From positions 98,798-162,797 of the forward strand of contig CAVRHE010000011.1 of assembly GCA_963720925.1 (NCBI GenBank): a DNA stretch of 64,000 nucleotides, read 5' to 3'. A program made the translations under genes and the position numbers. Below, piece by piece: positions 1 through 8,913 of the stretch. Below the pieces are notes generated by a model. It was not told where the DNA came from and did no database searches. It saw only the letters and a list, made by a program, of their open reading frames with translations. Numbering within the stretch: position 1 is the first letter of the stretch; every line of letters begins with the position of its first letter. The stretch comes from an uncultured Acidobacteriota bacterium (GTDB taxonomy: Bacteria > Actinomycetota > Acidimicrobiia > Spongiisociales > ZC4RG35).

Positions 1-1
1 T

Positions 2-433
2 CTTGCCTCTCTGGAGTGGGTCCTGGAGTCGACCGAGGCCAGGATCAGGGAGCATCTCGCCGAGTCCGGCGATCCCGCCACGGCAATCTCCAAGGTGGTG
101 GATGCGGTGTGGATCGGCCCGGAGGCGAATCACGACTTCTTCCGGTTCTATCTCGACGGTGTCGAGCACGAGGCGCGCTCGCCGGAGTTCGACGAGTTCG
201 CCGACCGGGCCAGGTCGATCATGAACAGCTTCTATCAGGAGGTCATCGTCGCCGGGGTGGATGCCGGCGTGCTCGACGTCGAGGACCCCACGGTGGCCGC
301 GATCCAGATGCGGGCGGTGATCGAGGGCACCTTCCTCCAATGGCTCCAGACCAGCGACTGGCGCACCAACCACGGGGAGTACAAGGAGCACTGCCGGCGG
401 GCCTTGCTTCGCGTCCTCGGGGCATCGCACTGA
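2..433 (+). CDS. TetR/AcrR-family transcriptional regulator, C-terminal ligand-binding part. It is partial because the 5' end lies upstream of the window.
   Basis: Frame 2 is open from position 2 to the stop at 431-433. Translation (LASLEWVLESTEARIREHLAESGDP...AVWIGPEANHDFFRFYLDGVEHE...) looks like a TetR C-terminal domain. No HTH is visible, so the N-terminus is outside the window. Confidence 0.5.
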   Translation, partial: LASLEWVLESTEARIREHLAESGDPATAISKVVDAVWIGPEANHDFFRFYLDGVEHEARSPEFDEFADRARSIMNSFYQEVIVAGVDAGVLDVEDPTVAAIQMRAVIEGTFLQWLQTSDWRTNHGEYKEHCRRALLRVLGASH

Positions 434-557
434 CCCAATCCACGATCTTCCCCGCTGCGAACCAACCCCAATGGAAGCAGTGGCCGCCGTCCGTCTTCAC
501 ACCGTGCGCAGGGGTGTGGGTAGCCTCGCTCGCTCCTGCTCGATCCGTCTGACACGC

Positions 558-1106
558 ATGTCAACAACACCCCCGCTGGACAGCCTCATGACACGGGTCG
601 CCCGGGGCGATGCCGAGGCGTTCTCCGAGCTCTACGACCAGACGTCGTCGATGGTCTACGGGTTGGCCCTTCGCGTGGTCCGCTCCGAGGCAATGGCCGA
701 GGAGGTGACCCAGGAGGTGTTTCTCCAGGTATGGCGTCAAGCATCAGGGTTCGACGCGCAGCGCGGCTCGGTCAAGTCATGGATGGCCACGTTGGCTCAC
801 CGCCGGGCAGTCGACGTCGTGCGCCGATCTCAGAGCGCCCGGGATCGGGAGCTGAAGGTGCCGGCGGATGGGCCGTCGGCCGATGTCGCCGAGATGGCGA
901 TCCTCGACGACGAGCGAGATCGGGTGCGTGCGGCCCTCGGCTCATTGACCGACTTACAGTTTCAGGTGATTGAGATGGCCTACTTCGGGGGCCTCACCTA
1001 CCGGGAGGTGGCCGAGCGGTTGGACACTCCGCTGGCAACGGTGAAGACACGGATCCGGGATGGGCTGACCCGTCTCCGATCTGCTTTGGGTGAAAACGAT
1101 GGATGA
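558..1106 (+). CDS. sigK: ECF RNA polymerase sigma factor, SigK-like
   Basis: ATG at 558. Sigma-70 region 2 (VYGLALRVVRSEAMAEEVTQEVFLQVWRQASGFD) and region 4 (QFQVIEMAYFGGLTYREVAERLDTPLATVKTRIRDGLTRLR) are present. It is collinear with mycobacterial SigK and is followed directly by an RskA-like gene. Confidence 0.85.
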   Translation: MSTTPPLDSLMTRVARGDAEAFSELYDQTSSMVYGLALRVVRSEAMAEEVTQEVFLQVWRQASGFDAQRGSVKSWMATLAHRRAVDVVRRSQSARDRELKVPADGPSADVAEMAILDDERDRVRAALGSLTDLQFQVIEMAYFGGLTYREVAERLDTPLATVKTRIRDGLTRLRSALGENDG

Positions 1107-1776
1107 CATGCACGATCTCGCAGCGGCCTATGCCGTGGACGCCCTCGACGACGAGGAACGAGCCGCGTACGAGGCACATCTCGCCGGTTGCCCCGAATGC
1201 CGCGAGGAGCTGGCCCGGCTCTCCGAAGCCACGGCTTCCCTGGCCGAAACTGTGGCGGTGACGCCGCCGCCAGAGCTCAAGGAGCGCGTCATGACGGCCA
1301 TCGCCGCCGAGGAGCCCGCCGATGTGATCCCGCTGGACGGTCGTCGTCGCTCCGCCCTCGGGTGGGGCCTGGTTGCGGTGGCTGCTTCGGTCCTCGTGGT
1401 CTCGGTGGGGCTGCTGGTGTCGAACGACGCCGGCCAGGGCGGAGCCGTCGCTGCCGTGCTCGAGGCTCCCGACGCGGTCGAAGTCGATCTCGACTCGGAC
1501 GTTGGTGGCGCCCGCTTCGTGTATTCGGAGTCACTTGGCCAGGGGGTGTTCACCGGTTCGGAACTCGATCTCCCCGAAGGGAATCGGGTCTACGAGCTGT
1601 GGCTGATCGACGAGGAGGGCCCGACCGCTGCCGGCGCCTTCCGACCGGAATCGCCAGAGGAGGCAACCGTCCTGGTCGAGGGCATCGAACCCGGTCTCAC
1701 CCTGGCCATGACCGAGGAGCCCGAGCCCGGTCTGGCGGAGCCCACCGGCGAGGTCCTGCTCAGCGCCGAGATCTAA
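1099..1776 (+). CDS. rskA: Anti-sigma-K factor RskA-like. It has an N-terminal anti-sigma domain with a zinc-finger-like H-x3-C-x2-C motif and one TM helix.
   Basis: The start overlaps the sigK stop by 8 nt. Motif AYAVDALDDEERAAYEAHLAGCPECREELARL is present. A TM segment (WGLVAVAASVLVVSVGLLV) is followed by an extracytoplasmic domain. Confidence 0.8.
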   Translation: MDDMHDLAAAYAVDALDDEERAAYEAHLAGCPECREELARLSEATASLAETVAVTPPPELKERVMTAIAAEEPADVIPLDGRRRSALGWGLVAVAASVLVVSVGLLVSNDAGQGGAVAAVLEAPDAVEVDLDSDVGGARFVYSESLGQGVFTGSELDLPEGNRVYELWLIDEEGPTAAGAFRPESPEEATVLVEGIEPGLTLAMTEEPEPGLAEPTGEVLLSAEI

Positions 1777-1797
1777 GTCACCGCTACCTTGAGGTCG

Positions 1798-3254
1798 ATG
1801 ACCAAGGTCGATCCCCATGTCTTCGTGATCTTTGGCGGCACAGGAGACCTTGCCCAGCGCAAGCTGATCCCGTCCCTATATCGGTTGATCAGGGACGAGG
1901 GGGCCGGCGACCATTGCGTGGTGCTCGGAGTGTCGCGCCGCGGCGGTCGGAGACGCCGCTTACCGGGAATGGGCGATTGAGGCACTCGTCGCCAGCGGGC
2001 TCGACGGCGAAGAGGTCGAGCAATGGTGCCGGCGCAATCTGCACCATCAGGCGCTCGGCGACGATGAATCCGGTTACGTCGCACTCCGGGAGCGCATCGA
2101 GACCATCGAGGCCGAGAGGGGCATTCCCGCAAATCGGGTCTTCTATATGGCTATCCCTCCGGGGGCGTTTGCTCCGACCATCCAGGGTCTCGGCAGCTCA
2201 GGGCTCAACCGGGGCCCAGGTTGGGTTCGGGTGGTCGTGGAGAAGCCATTCGGCACCGATCTCGAGTCGGCCCAGGACCCTCAACGAGCTCTTGCTCTCA
2301 CATTTCGAGGAGGCCCAGATCTACCGGATCGACCATTACCTGGGCAAGGCGACGGTTCAGAACCTGCTCACTTTCCGGTTCACCAACCCCATGTTCGAAC
2401 GCCTGTGGAACCGAGATCGGGTCAGCCGCGTCGAGATCACCGTGGCCGAAGACCTGGGCATAGGGGGTCGTGCCGGCTATTACGAGCGGGCGGGGGTGGT
2501 GCGGGACATGGTGCAGAACCATCTCACCCAGCTGCTCGCCCTGGTGGCGATGGAGCCCCCCAATGTCTTCGACGCCGACCGGATCCGCGACGAGAAGGTG
2601 AAAGCCGTGACAGCGGTGGCACCCATCGACGTGGCCGATGTCGTTTACGGGAGGTACGAGGCGGGTTGGCGGGACGGCAAGGCGGTGCCCGGATATCTCG
2701 AGGAAGAGGGCGTCGGCGCAGACTCGACCACACCGACATTTGTCGGGCTGAGGCTCTACGTCGACACCTGGCGCTGGCAAGGGATCCCGTTCCTGCTCAG
2801 GACGGGGAAGAGGCTGCCGGAGCGATCGACACACATCGCGGTGACCTTTCGGGAGCCGGCCCTCTGCGTGTTCCACGGACGTCGCGACGACTGCCTCCAC
2901 GAGCCCGATGTCCTCCTCATCATCCTCGAGCCCGACGAGGGATTCTCCTTGCGCTTCAATGTCAAGGCGCCCCATGAAGACACTGCGATCGATCCTCAGA
3001 CGCTGCATTTCCGATACTCAGATGTGTATGGGCCGCTTCCCGACGCCTATCAGACGCTGATTCTGGACATCCTCGAGGGTGACCAGACACTGTTTGTCAG
3101 GGCGGACGAAGTCGAGGCATCATGGCGTCTCTACGATCCGCTGCTCGAGCACCTGCCCAAGCTGATCGGCTACGAGGCAGGGACATGGGGCCCGCCCGAG
3201 ATGGATCAGGGCGTGGCCCTGGGCGGCGAGCATTGGATGCACCGCAAGGGGTGA
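1798..3254 (+). pseudogene. zwf: Glucose-6-phosphate 1-dehydrogenase (zwf) interrupted by two frameshifts, near 1945 and near 2285.
   Basis: Three consecutive frames read as the N-terminal NADP site (HVFVIFGGTGDLAQRKLIPSLYRL), then YREWAIEALVASG...RVVVEKPFGTDLESAQ, then LNELLLSHFEEAQIYRIDHYLGK...RYSDVYGPLPDAYQTLILD. Together they make one collinear G6PD. No opcA or pgl follows. Confidence 0.8.
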
Positions 3255-3266
3255 CGTCCAGGCACG

Positions 3267-3956
3267 TCACGCGGTGCGCAAAGTGATCGTTGCCATCGGA
3301 TTCAGTTCGAATTCGACAGTCACCCCCGGAAAGAGATCGATCGGAGGCACCACCGAGCCGCAGATGACGACATCGCCTGCCCTCATCTGCTCACCATGGT
3401 CGGCCAGTAGATCGGCCAGATGAGAGACCACCTCGATCACGCCGCCGGCGAGATCCTCCAGGCGGTTCGTGCGGGCTTGCTCCCGGCCATCCAACCTCAC
3501 CCGCGCCTCCAGACCAGTGAGATCGGCGCCGGCGCGACCCGAGTCGGACGGGCCGAGGACGACTCCTCGGTGAAAGATGTTCCCCACCAGGACTTCGTGC
3601 ACGTTTTCAGGTGGAGGGTCGATGTCGGCCAGCTCGATGGCAGGCCCGATGGCTGAGATCGCAGCCCGGGTCCCGTCGTGGCCGCTCCCCGGCGGGAGAT
3701 CGGACCCCAGATAGGCCGCAATCTCGGGCTCGGCCACCGGACGGGGCCAACCAACAACGTCGACTTCGGCGCCATCATCGAGGAGCGTGGCGTCGGTCAT
3801 GAACCCGATCAAGGGGCCGTCGATCCTGAATCGCTCCCGCCAAACCGGGGCGCCGAAGCCCGCCTTCCAACCTATTGGCCGGTACCCCTGAGAGATGAGG
3901 TCACTGCGCAACTCGAGCTGGCCCGTCAGACCGCTGGTCATCGCCGATTGGCTCAT
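3267..3956 (-). CDS. 2-keto-4-pentenoate hydratase / fumarylacetoacetate-hydrolase-fold hydratase (MhpD/HpcG-like)
   Basis: Intact ORF (MSQSAMTSGLTGQLELRSDLISQGYRPIGWKAGFGAP...ELNPMATITLRTA), about 230 aa, with the typical hydratase/decarboxylase family signature. It is the last gene of a minus-strand operon. Confidence 0.65.
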   Translation of the reverse strand: MSQSAMTSGLTGQLELRSDLISQGYRPIGWKAGFGAPVWRERFRIDGPLIGFMTDATLLDDGAEVDVVGWPRPVAEPEIAAYLGSDLPPGSGHDGTRAAISAIGPAIELADIDPPPENVHEVLVGNIFHRGVVLGPSDSGRAGADLTGLEARVRLDGREQARTNRLEDLAGGVIEVVSHLADLLADHGEQMRAGDVVICGSVVPPIDLFPGVTVEFELNPMATITLRTA

Positions 3957-4347
3957 CCCGGCAGCTCGTATCCGGCCGCATCGAGCGAGCCCGCCCCACT
4001 CCAACCCCAAACCAGTGTCACTTCCTCCTCGCCGGTGTTGTCGAATCCGTGCCAGAGGCCCCGTCTGGTGAACAGGACGTCTCCTTCGCCGGCAGGCTGG
4101 TCCTCGTCGTCGGTGTAGATCATTCCGTGGCCGGAGAGGACGATGAGGAACTCGTCGGCATTGGGGTGACGGTGCCGATCGTGCCGGGCTCCCGGCGGAG
4201 GACGGTCCAGCCGAGGAGGAGGTCGTCGGTGCCTGCCTTGGCCGCGTCGACGAGGAACTGCACCTTCATGTCGACCCAGCCCTCGTCCTCGCGCAGCCCA
4301 CCTTCGACCGGCACGTCGTGACGGTTGATCCGAAAGCGGCCGGTCAT
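3953..4347 (-). pseudogene. Cupin-domain protein with one frameshift near 4190.
   Basis: The N-terminal part (MTGRFRINRHDVPVEGGLREDEGWVDMKVQFLVDAAKAGTDDLLLGWTV) is in one frame. The C-terminal cupin core (HPNADEFLIVLSGHGMIYTDDEDQPAGEGDVLFTRRGLWHGFDN) is in another. Its ATG overlaps the upstream stop as ATGA. Confidence 0.55.
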
Positions 4348-5228
4348 TCGTGTCCTCCCAGTCGTCGATAGACATCGAAAACGGTGACAAAGTCGCGATT
4401 GCTCAAGCCGAGACCGTGGCAAGCGTTGAGCATCTCGTTCGCCGCAGCGGCGAGGGGCACGGGACTGCCCTGGCGCCGCCCCAAGTCGAGGGCGAGCAAC
4501 ATGTCCTTCTGCTGCAGGGTGACATTTGCCAAGTGGTTTGTCCGGCATGTTGCCCTCCAGGATGAATGGGCCCCTGTAGCCCATCACCGGTGATGCGACA
4601 ACGCTCTTGAGCATCGCGTCGACCGCGACGGCGCGGTCCACGCCTCCCTTCTCGGCCAACGCGACGGCCTCGCTGAAAGCCACCATCTCCACGATCAGAC
4701 AGAGGTTGATCGCCACCTTCATCTGGACGGCCATGCCGCTTGCTCCCGATGTAGGTGACATTCGGCCCGATCGCCTCCAGAACCGGGAGCACCTTCTCGA
4801 ATGCGGCGCGGTCACCGCCGACCATCACCGAAGCCTTGCCCTGCTCGAGCGAAACGGGGCTGCCCGACAGCGGTGCATCGAGCATCGTCCGTCCCGCCTC
4901 GGAATAGACAGGTGGCGATTTGTCGCGACGCATCGGGGTCGATCGTGCTCATGTCGGCGTAGATGCCATCCTGGCCGAGACCTGACAAGACGCCATCTTC
5001 CCCGATGGCGACTGACTCCACTGCCGTGGCATCGGTCACGATGGAGAGGACCACCTCGGCCGCCTCGGCCACCTGGCGGGGAGTGTCGGCCCATCCCATG
5101 CCTAGATCGCGGAGGGAATCGGCCTTCCCCGCGGTTCGGTTCCAGCCCGTGACATCGTGCCCGGCGGAGAGGAGTCGGGGAACGATGCCCTGGCCCATGT
5201 CGCCAAGGCCGATGAAGCCAACCCTCAC
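4344..5228 (-). pseudogene. 3-hydroxyisobutyrate dehydrogenase / 6-phosphogluconate-dehydrogenase-like NAD(P)-binding oxidoreductase. It is split over four frames, so about three frameshifts.
   Basis: The N-terminal Rossmann motif (MRVGFIGLGDMGQGIVPRLLSAGHDV) is followed by middle segments (YADMSTIDPDAS / AEAGRTMLDAPLSGSPVSLEQGKASVMVGGDRAAFEKVLPVLEAIGPNVTYIG / AVQMKVAINLCLIVEMVAFSEAVALAEKGG). The C-terminus reads MANVTLQQKDMLLALDLGRRQGSPVPLAAAANEM...RRLGGHE in yet another frame. Confidence 0.7.
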
Positions 5229-5320
5229 TCGGTCCTCCGGAGTCGATCGTCGAGGAAATCGAGTTTAAGGGGCGGTTTCCCGAGGAATACCTATCCGGGA
5301 TCGCTGGTTGGCGGAGCGCA

Positions 5321-6421
5321 ATGCAATTCGGAGTATTCAGCGTCGGCGACGTCACCGCCGACCCGACCACGGGCCGAACCCCGACCGAGGCCGAGCGGAT
5401 CAAGGCGATGGTCACCGTCGCCTTGAAGACCGAGGAGATCGGTCTCGACGTGTTCGCTACGGGTGAGCACCACAACCCCCCGTTCGTCCCGTCGTCTCCC
5501 ACGACGATGCTCGGCTACCTGGCCGCCCGTACCGAAAGAATCATCCTCTCCACGGCCACCACCTTGATCACGACTAACGACCCGGTGAAGATCGCCGAGG
5601 ACTTCGCCATGCTCCAGCATCTGGCGGATGGGCGGGTCGACCTGATGATGGGCCGCGGCAACACCGGCCCTGTGTATCCCTGGTTCGGCAAGGACATCAG
5701 GGACGGGATACCTCTGGCGATCGAGAACTATCACCTGTTGCACCGGCTGTGGCGCGAGGATGTCGTGGATTGGGAGGGCAAATTTCGTACCCCGCTCCAA
5801 TCCTTCACCTCGACCCCTCGGCCACTCGACGGGATACCACCGTTCGTATGGCACGGGTCGATTCGCAGCCCGGAGATCGCGGAGCAGGCCGCGTATTACG
5901 GGGACGGCTTCTTCGCCAACAACATCTTCTGGCCGAAGGAGCATTTCATCCGTCTGATCGATCTGTATCGGCGGCGATTCGAGCATTACGGTCACGGCAA
6001 GGCCGATCAGGCCATCGTCGGGCTGGGTGGCCAGGTGTTCATGCGCAAGAATTCGCAGGACGCGGTGCGGGAATTTCGTCCCTACTTCGACCACGCCCCG
6101 GTGTACGGCTACGGCCCGTCGCTGGAGGAGTTCACCGAACAAACGCCGCTCACGGTCGGCAGTCCACAGCAGGTCATCGAGAAGACCCTGAAATTCCGCG
6201 AGTACTTCGGCGATTACCAGCGCCAGCTGTTCCTCATGGACCACGCCGGCCTCCCCCTGAGCACGGTCCTCGAGCAACTGGAGATGCTGGGGAGTGAAGT
6301 GGTGCCCGTTCTCCGCAAGGAATTCGACTCATTGCGGCCGCCCCACGTCCCAGACGGCCCCACCCATGCCGGGCTCCGGTCGGCGGCGGAGGATCAGGTC
6401 GTGGAAGCAGAGATCTTGTGA
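5321..6421 (+). CDS. Luciferase-like monooxygenase (LLM-class flavin-dependent oxidoreductase), intact, 366 aa.
   Basis: Contains the full bacterial-luciferase TIM-barrel signature (FATGEHHNPPFVPSSPTTMLGYLAARTERIILSTATTLITTNDPVKIAEDFAMLQHLADGRVDLMMGRG). The stop overlaps the start of the next gene. Confidence 0.85.
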   Translation: MQFGVFSVGDVTADPTTGRTPTEAERIKAMVTVALKTEEIGLDVFATGEHHNPPFVPSSPTTMLGYLAARTERIILSTATTLITTNDPVKIAEDFAMLQHLADGRVDLMMGRGNTGPVYPWFGKDIRDGIPLAIENYHLLHRLWREDVVDWEGKFRTPLQSFTSTPRPLDGIPPFVWHGSIRSPEIAEQAAYYGDGFFANNIFWPKEHFIRLIDLYRRRFEHYGHGKADQAIVGLGGQVFMRKNSQDAVREFRPYFDHAPVYGYGPSLEEFTEQTPLTVGSPQQVIEKTLKFREYFGDYQRQLFLMDHAGLPLSTVLEQLEMLGSEVVPVLRKEFDSLRPPHVPDGPTHAGLRSAAEDQVVEAEIL

Positions 6422-7032
6422 AGCAGCGACGTCTCGCCGTGGTGAGTGGCGGGCTCAACGAGCCTTCTTCGACGCGGCTGTTGGCCGATCGGCTTGCTAC
6501 AACAGCCACCCAGGCCCTCGCGGATCTCGACGTCGAGGCACAGGTCGATGTCTTCGATCTGCGGGATCACGCCCATGATCTGACCAACATGATGTTGACC
6601 GGTATGGCCGGCCGGGAACTCGCAACGGCGATCGACAAAGTGGTGAAGTCCGACGGTCTGATCGCGGCAACCCCGATCTTCAGCGCCTCCTACTCCGGTT
6701 TGTTCAAAACCTTCTTCGATGTGCTCGAGCCCGATGCCCTGGCCGGCAAGCCCGCCTTGATCGCCGCCACGGCCGGGACCGCTCGGCACTCGCTGGCGCT
6801 GGAACATGTCGTCCGGCCCTTGTTCAGCTATCTCCGCGCGGTAGTGGTGCCGACGACGGTATTCGCCGCGTCTGAGGACTGGGGTACGGGAAGTAGTTCA
6901 GGCGAGGCCCTCTCGGAGCGTATCGACCGTGCCGGGCGCGAGCTGGCCCGATTGGTCGCCTCGGATCAGAGACCGGCGCCGGCAGACCCGTACGACGATG
7001 TGATGTCGTTCGAAGACCTTCTCGGAAGCTGA
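6418..7032 (+). CDS. NAD(P)H-dependent FMN reductase (SsuE/MsuE-like partner of the LLM monooxygenase)
   Basis: GTG start overlaps the upstream stop. Flavodoxin-like signature (LAVVSGGLNEPSSTRLLADRLA...GLIAATPIFSASYSGLFKTFFDVL...ALIAATAGTARHSLALEHVVRPLFSYLRAVVVP). Confidence 0.85.
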   Translation: MKQRRLAVVSGGLNEPSSTRLLADRLATTATQALADLDVEAQVDVFDLRDHAHDLTNMMLTGMAGRELATAIDKVVKSDGLIAATPIFSASYSGLFKTFFDVLEPDALAGKPALIAATAGTARHSLALEHVVRPLFSYLRAVVVPTTVFAASEDWGTGSSSGEALSERIDRAGRELARLVASDQRPAPADPYDDVMSFEDLLGS

Positions 7033-7034
7033 CC

Positions 7035-7367
7035 TTGCAGATCACCTTGACGACCACTGGCCGGAAGACGAAAAAGCCTCATAGGGTCACTCTCTACGCC
7101 TATCCCGACGACGACCGCCTGGTAGTCGTCGGTTCTTTTGGGGGACATCCCACCGATCCCGACTGGGCGGCCAATCTGCGGAAAACGCCACTGGCAAGCG
7201 TGCGCCGGGGAGGTGAAGAGATCGAGTACCGGGTGGAGGAGGTCGACGGGCCGGAGCGGGACCGTCTGTGGAAACTGGTCACCGACGCTTTCCCTCTCTA
7301 TGGGACCTATCAGGGCCGCACCAAGCGGCTGATACCGCTCTTCGTTCTCGAGCCTGTCGGCGGCTAG
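7035..7367 (+). CDS. Nitroreductase-family deazaflavin (F420)-dependent oxidoreductase, DUF385-type, 110 aa.
   Basis: Short protein (TGRKTKKPHRVTLYAYPDDDRLVVVGSFGGHPTDPDWAANLRKTPLASVRRGGEEIEYRVEEVDGPERDRLWKLVTDAFPLYGTYQ) with the split-barrel PNPOx-like fold. Confidence 0.75.
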   Translation: MQITLTTTGRKTKKPHRVTLYAYPDDDRLVVVGSFGGHPTDPDWAANLRKTPLASVRRGGEEIEYRVEEVDGPERDRLWKLVTDAFPLYGTYQGRTKRLIPLFVLEPVGG

Positions 7368-7447
7368 AGAGGACCGGATCGAACACTGTGGATGATTGAC
7401 CGGGATCGGTGCTCGGCTGTGCTTTTATTGGCGGTCAGGAGGACTCA

Positions 7448-8905
7448 ATGACCGCAAGACTCGGATTCCGGACTGTGTTCGCGCTGACCTTGATGGCAGC
7501 GCTCGTCGCGGCGTGCGGCGGCGACGAGATCGACATCGAAGAAGCCCAGGCTCAGTTCTGCACCGACGTCGAGGCATACGTCACGGCGCTCGACACCTAT
7601 GGCGGTCTGTTCGAGGACGTGGAGTTGACGGTTGGCGATGTCCAGTCCGCCGGCGACGAGCTGGAGCCCGCCCGGGAGGCCGTGCTCGACTCAGCTGCGC
7701 AGTTCCAGGAGGCGGTCGAGGCCGACCCGGATTCCGCAGTGGACATAGAGATCGTCGATCCGGAGTCGATCGAGGTCGTCGAGGAGGCGGAGGCGGCGTT
7801 TGACGATGCGGTCGCCGGGATCGATCAGCGGACCCTTGTCAGTGAGGCCGGGGTGTCGTTCACCTCCGCCGCATATGCCCTGCAGGTTGCCTGGGCCCGT
7901 CTGTTTGCCGACGCCGGTTGTCTCGATGATGAAGGCCTCGCCAATGCGACTCAATGGGTGTCCGACTATGTGACGGCCCTCCAGACCGACCTTGCCACGG
8001 CCGGCTATTACACCGGCGAGATCGATGGCATCTATGGGCCTGGAACCATCGATGCGGTGGAGCGGCTTCAGGAAGATTTCGACCTCCCCGTGACAGGATT
8101 GCTGGACCCGGCGAGTCAGGCTGCCCTGGCTGAGGTGCTCGGCCAGCAGGAGTCGGCCCAGGTCGCCGCTTTGCAGGGGATCCTCACCGCCACCGGGTAC
8201 TACGGCGGACCGATCGATGGTGTGTGGTCGATAGAGGTCGAAGACGCTTTGAAGGAGTTGCAGACGGACCTCGGTGTCCCGGCGACAGGCGTCGTCGACT
8301 CCGCCACGCTGCGCGCCTTCCAGGCTGCCCTGACCGAGGCCGGCGCCCCACCGCCACCGACAACTCCAGCGACTGAGTCGCCTGGGACCACCGCACCACC
8401 GTCACCGGCCACGACGGTTCCTGCCGTCACCACGACCGCTGCTCCGCCGACGACCCAACCCGCGCCTCCGACCACCCAGGCGCCGACCCCAACCGTGCCG
8501 GTCGTCGAGGGCAACATCCTCGAGGTGCTCGCAGATGCCGGCCAGTTCGGCGAGCTGTTGGCCGCCATCGACGCCGCTGGGCTCACCGAGACCCTGTCCG
8601 GACCAGGCCCGTTCACGCTCTTCGCTCCCACCGACGAAGCATTCTCACAACTCGCCGAGCCGCTCCCAACGGAGCCAGAGGCCCTGCAAGCCGTACTTCT
8701 CTACCACGTGGTGGAAGACAACCTGAACGGCTTCGAGCTGATGGGAATGAGCGCAGTGCCGACCGCACAAGGCTCCGAGATCGTGGTGTCGGTCGATCAG
8801 GGCGAGATCGTGCTGAATGGGTCATCGACGGTGACCATCGCCAATGTGCTCGGGACCAACGGCACGGCCCATGTGGTCAATGCGGTGCTGATTCCTCCCG
8901 GCTGA
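7448..8905 (+). CDS. Lipoprotein with two peptidoglycan-binding (PG_binding_1) domains, a Pro/Thr-rich linker and a C-terminal fasciclin (FAS1) domain. It is like MPT83/MPT70.
   Basis: A signal peptide with lipobox (ALTLMAALVAACGG) is followed by two repeats of GYYTGEIDGIYGPGTIDAVERLQ..., then a PT-rich linker, then a FAS1 core (FTLFAPTDEAFSQL...LLYHVV...GTAHVVNAVLIP). Confidence 0.8.
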   Translation: MTARLGFRTVFALTLMAALVAACGGDEIDIEEAQAQFCTDVEAYVTALDTYGGLFEDVELTVGDVQSAGDELEPAREAVLDSAAQFQEAVEADPDSAVDIEIVDPESIEVVEEAEAAFDDAVAGIDQRTLVSEAGVSFTSAAYALQVAWARLFADAGCLDDEGLANATQWVSDYVTALQTDLATAGYYTGEIDGIYGPGTIDAVERLQEDFDLPVTGLLDPASQAALAEVLGQQESAQVAALQGILTATGYYGGPIDGVWSIEVEDALKELQTDLGVPATGVVDSATLRAFQAALTEAGAPPPPTTPATESPGTTAPPSPATTVPAVTTTAAPPTTQPAPPTTQAPTPTVPVVEGNILEVLADAGQFGELLAAIDAAGLTETLSGPGPFTLFAPTDEAFSQLAEPLPTEPEALQAVLLYHVVEDNLNGFELMGMSAVPTAQGSEIVVSVDQGEIVLNGSSTVTIANVLGTNGTAHVVNAVLIPPG

Positions 8906-8913
8906 CCCCTCGT

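Noticed and set aside
1188-3254. 688-aa ORF listed for the zwf region
   Set aside because: Only the last roughly 320 residues are G6PD. The N-terminal 360 aa are Arg-rich read-through in the wrong frame over rskA and the zwf 5' end. The ORF was reinterpreted as a frameshifted zwf.
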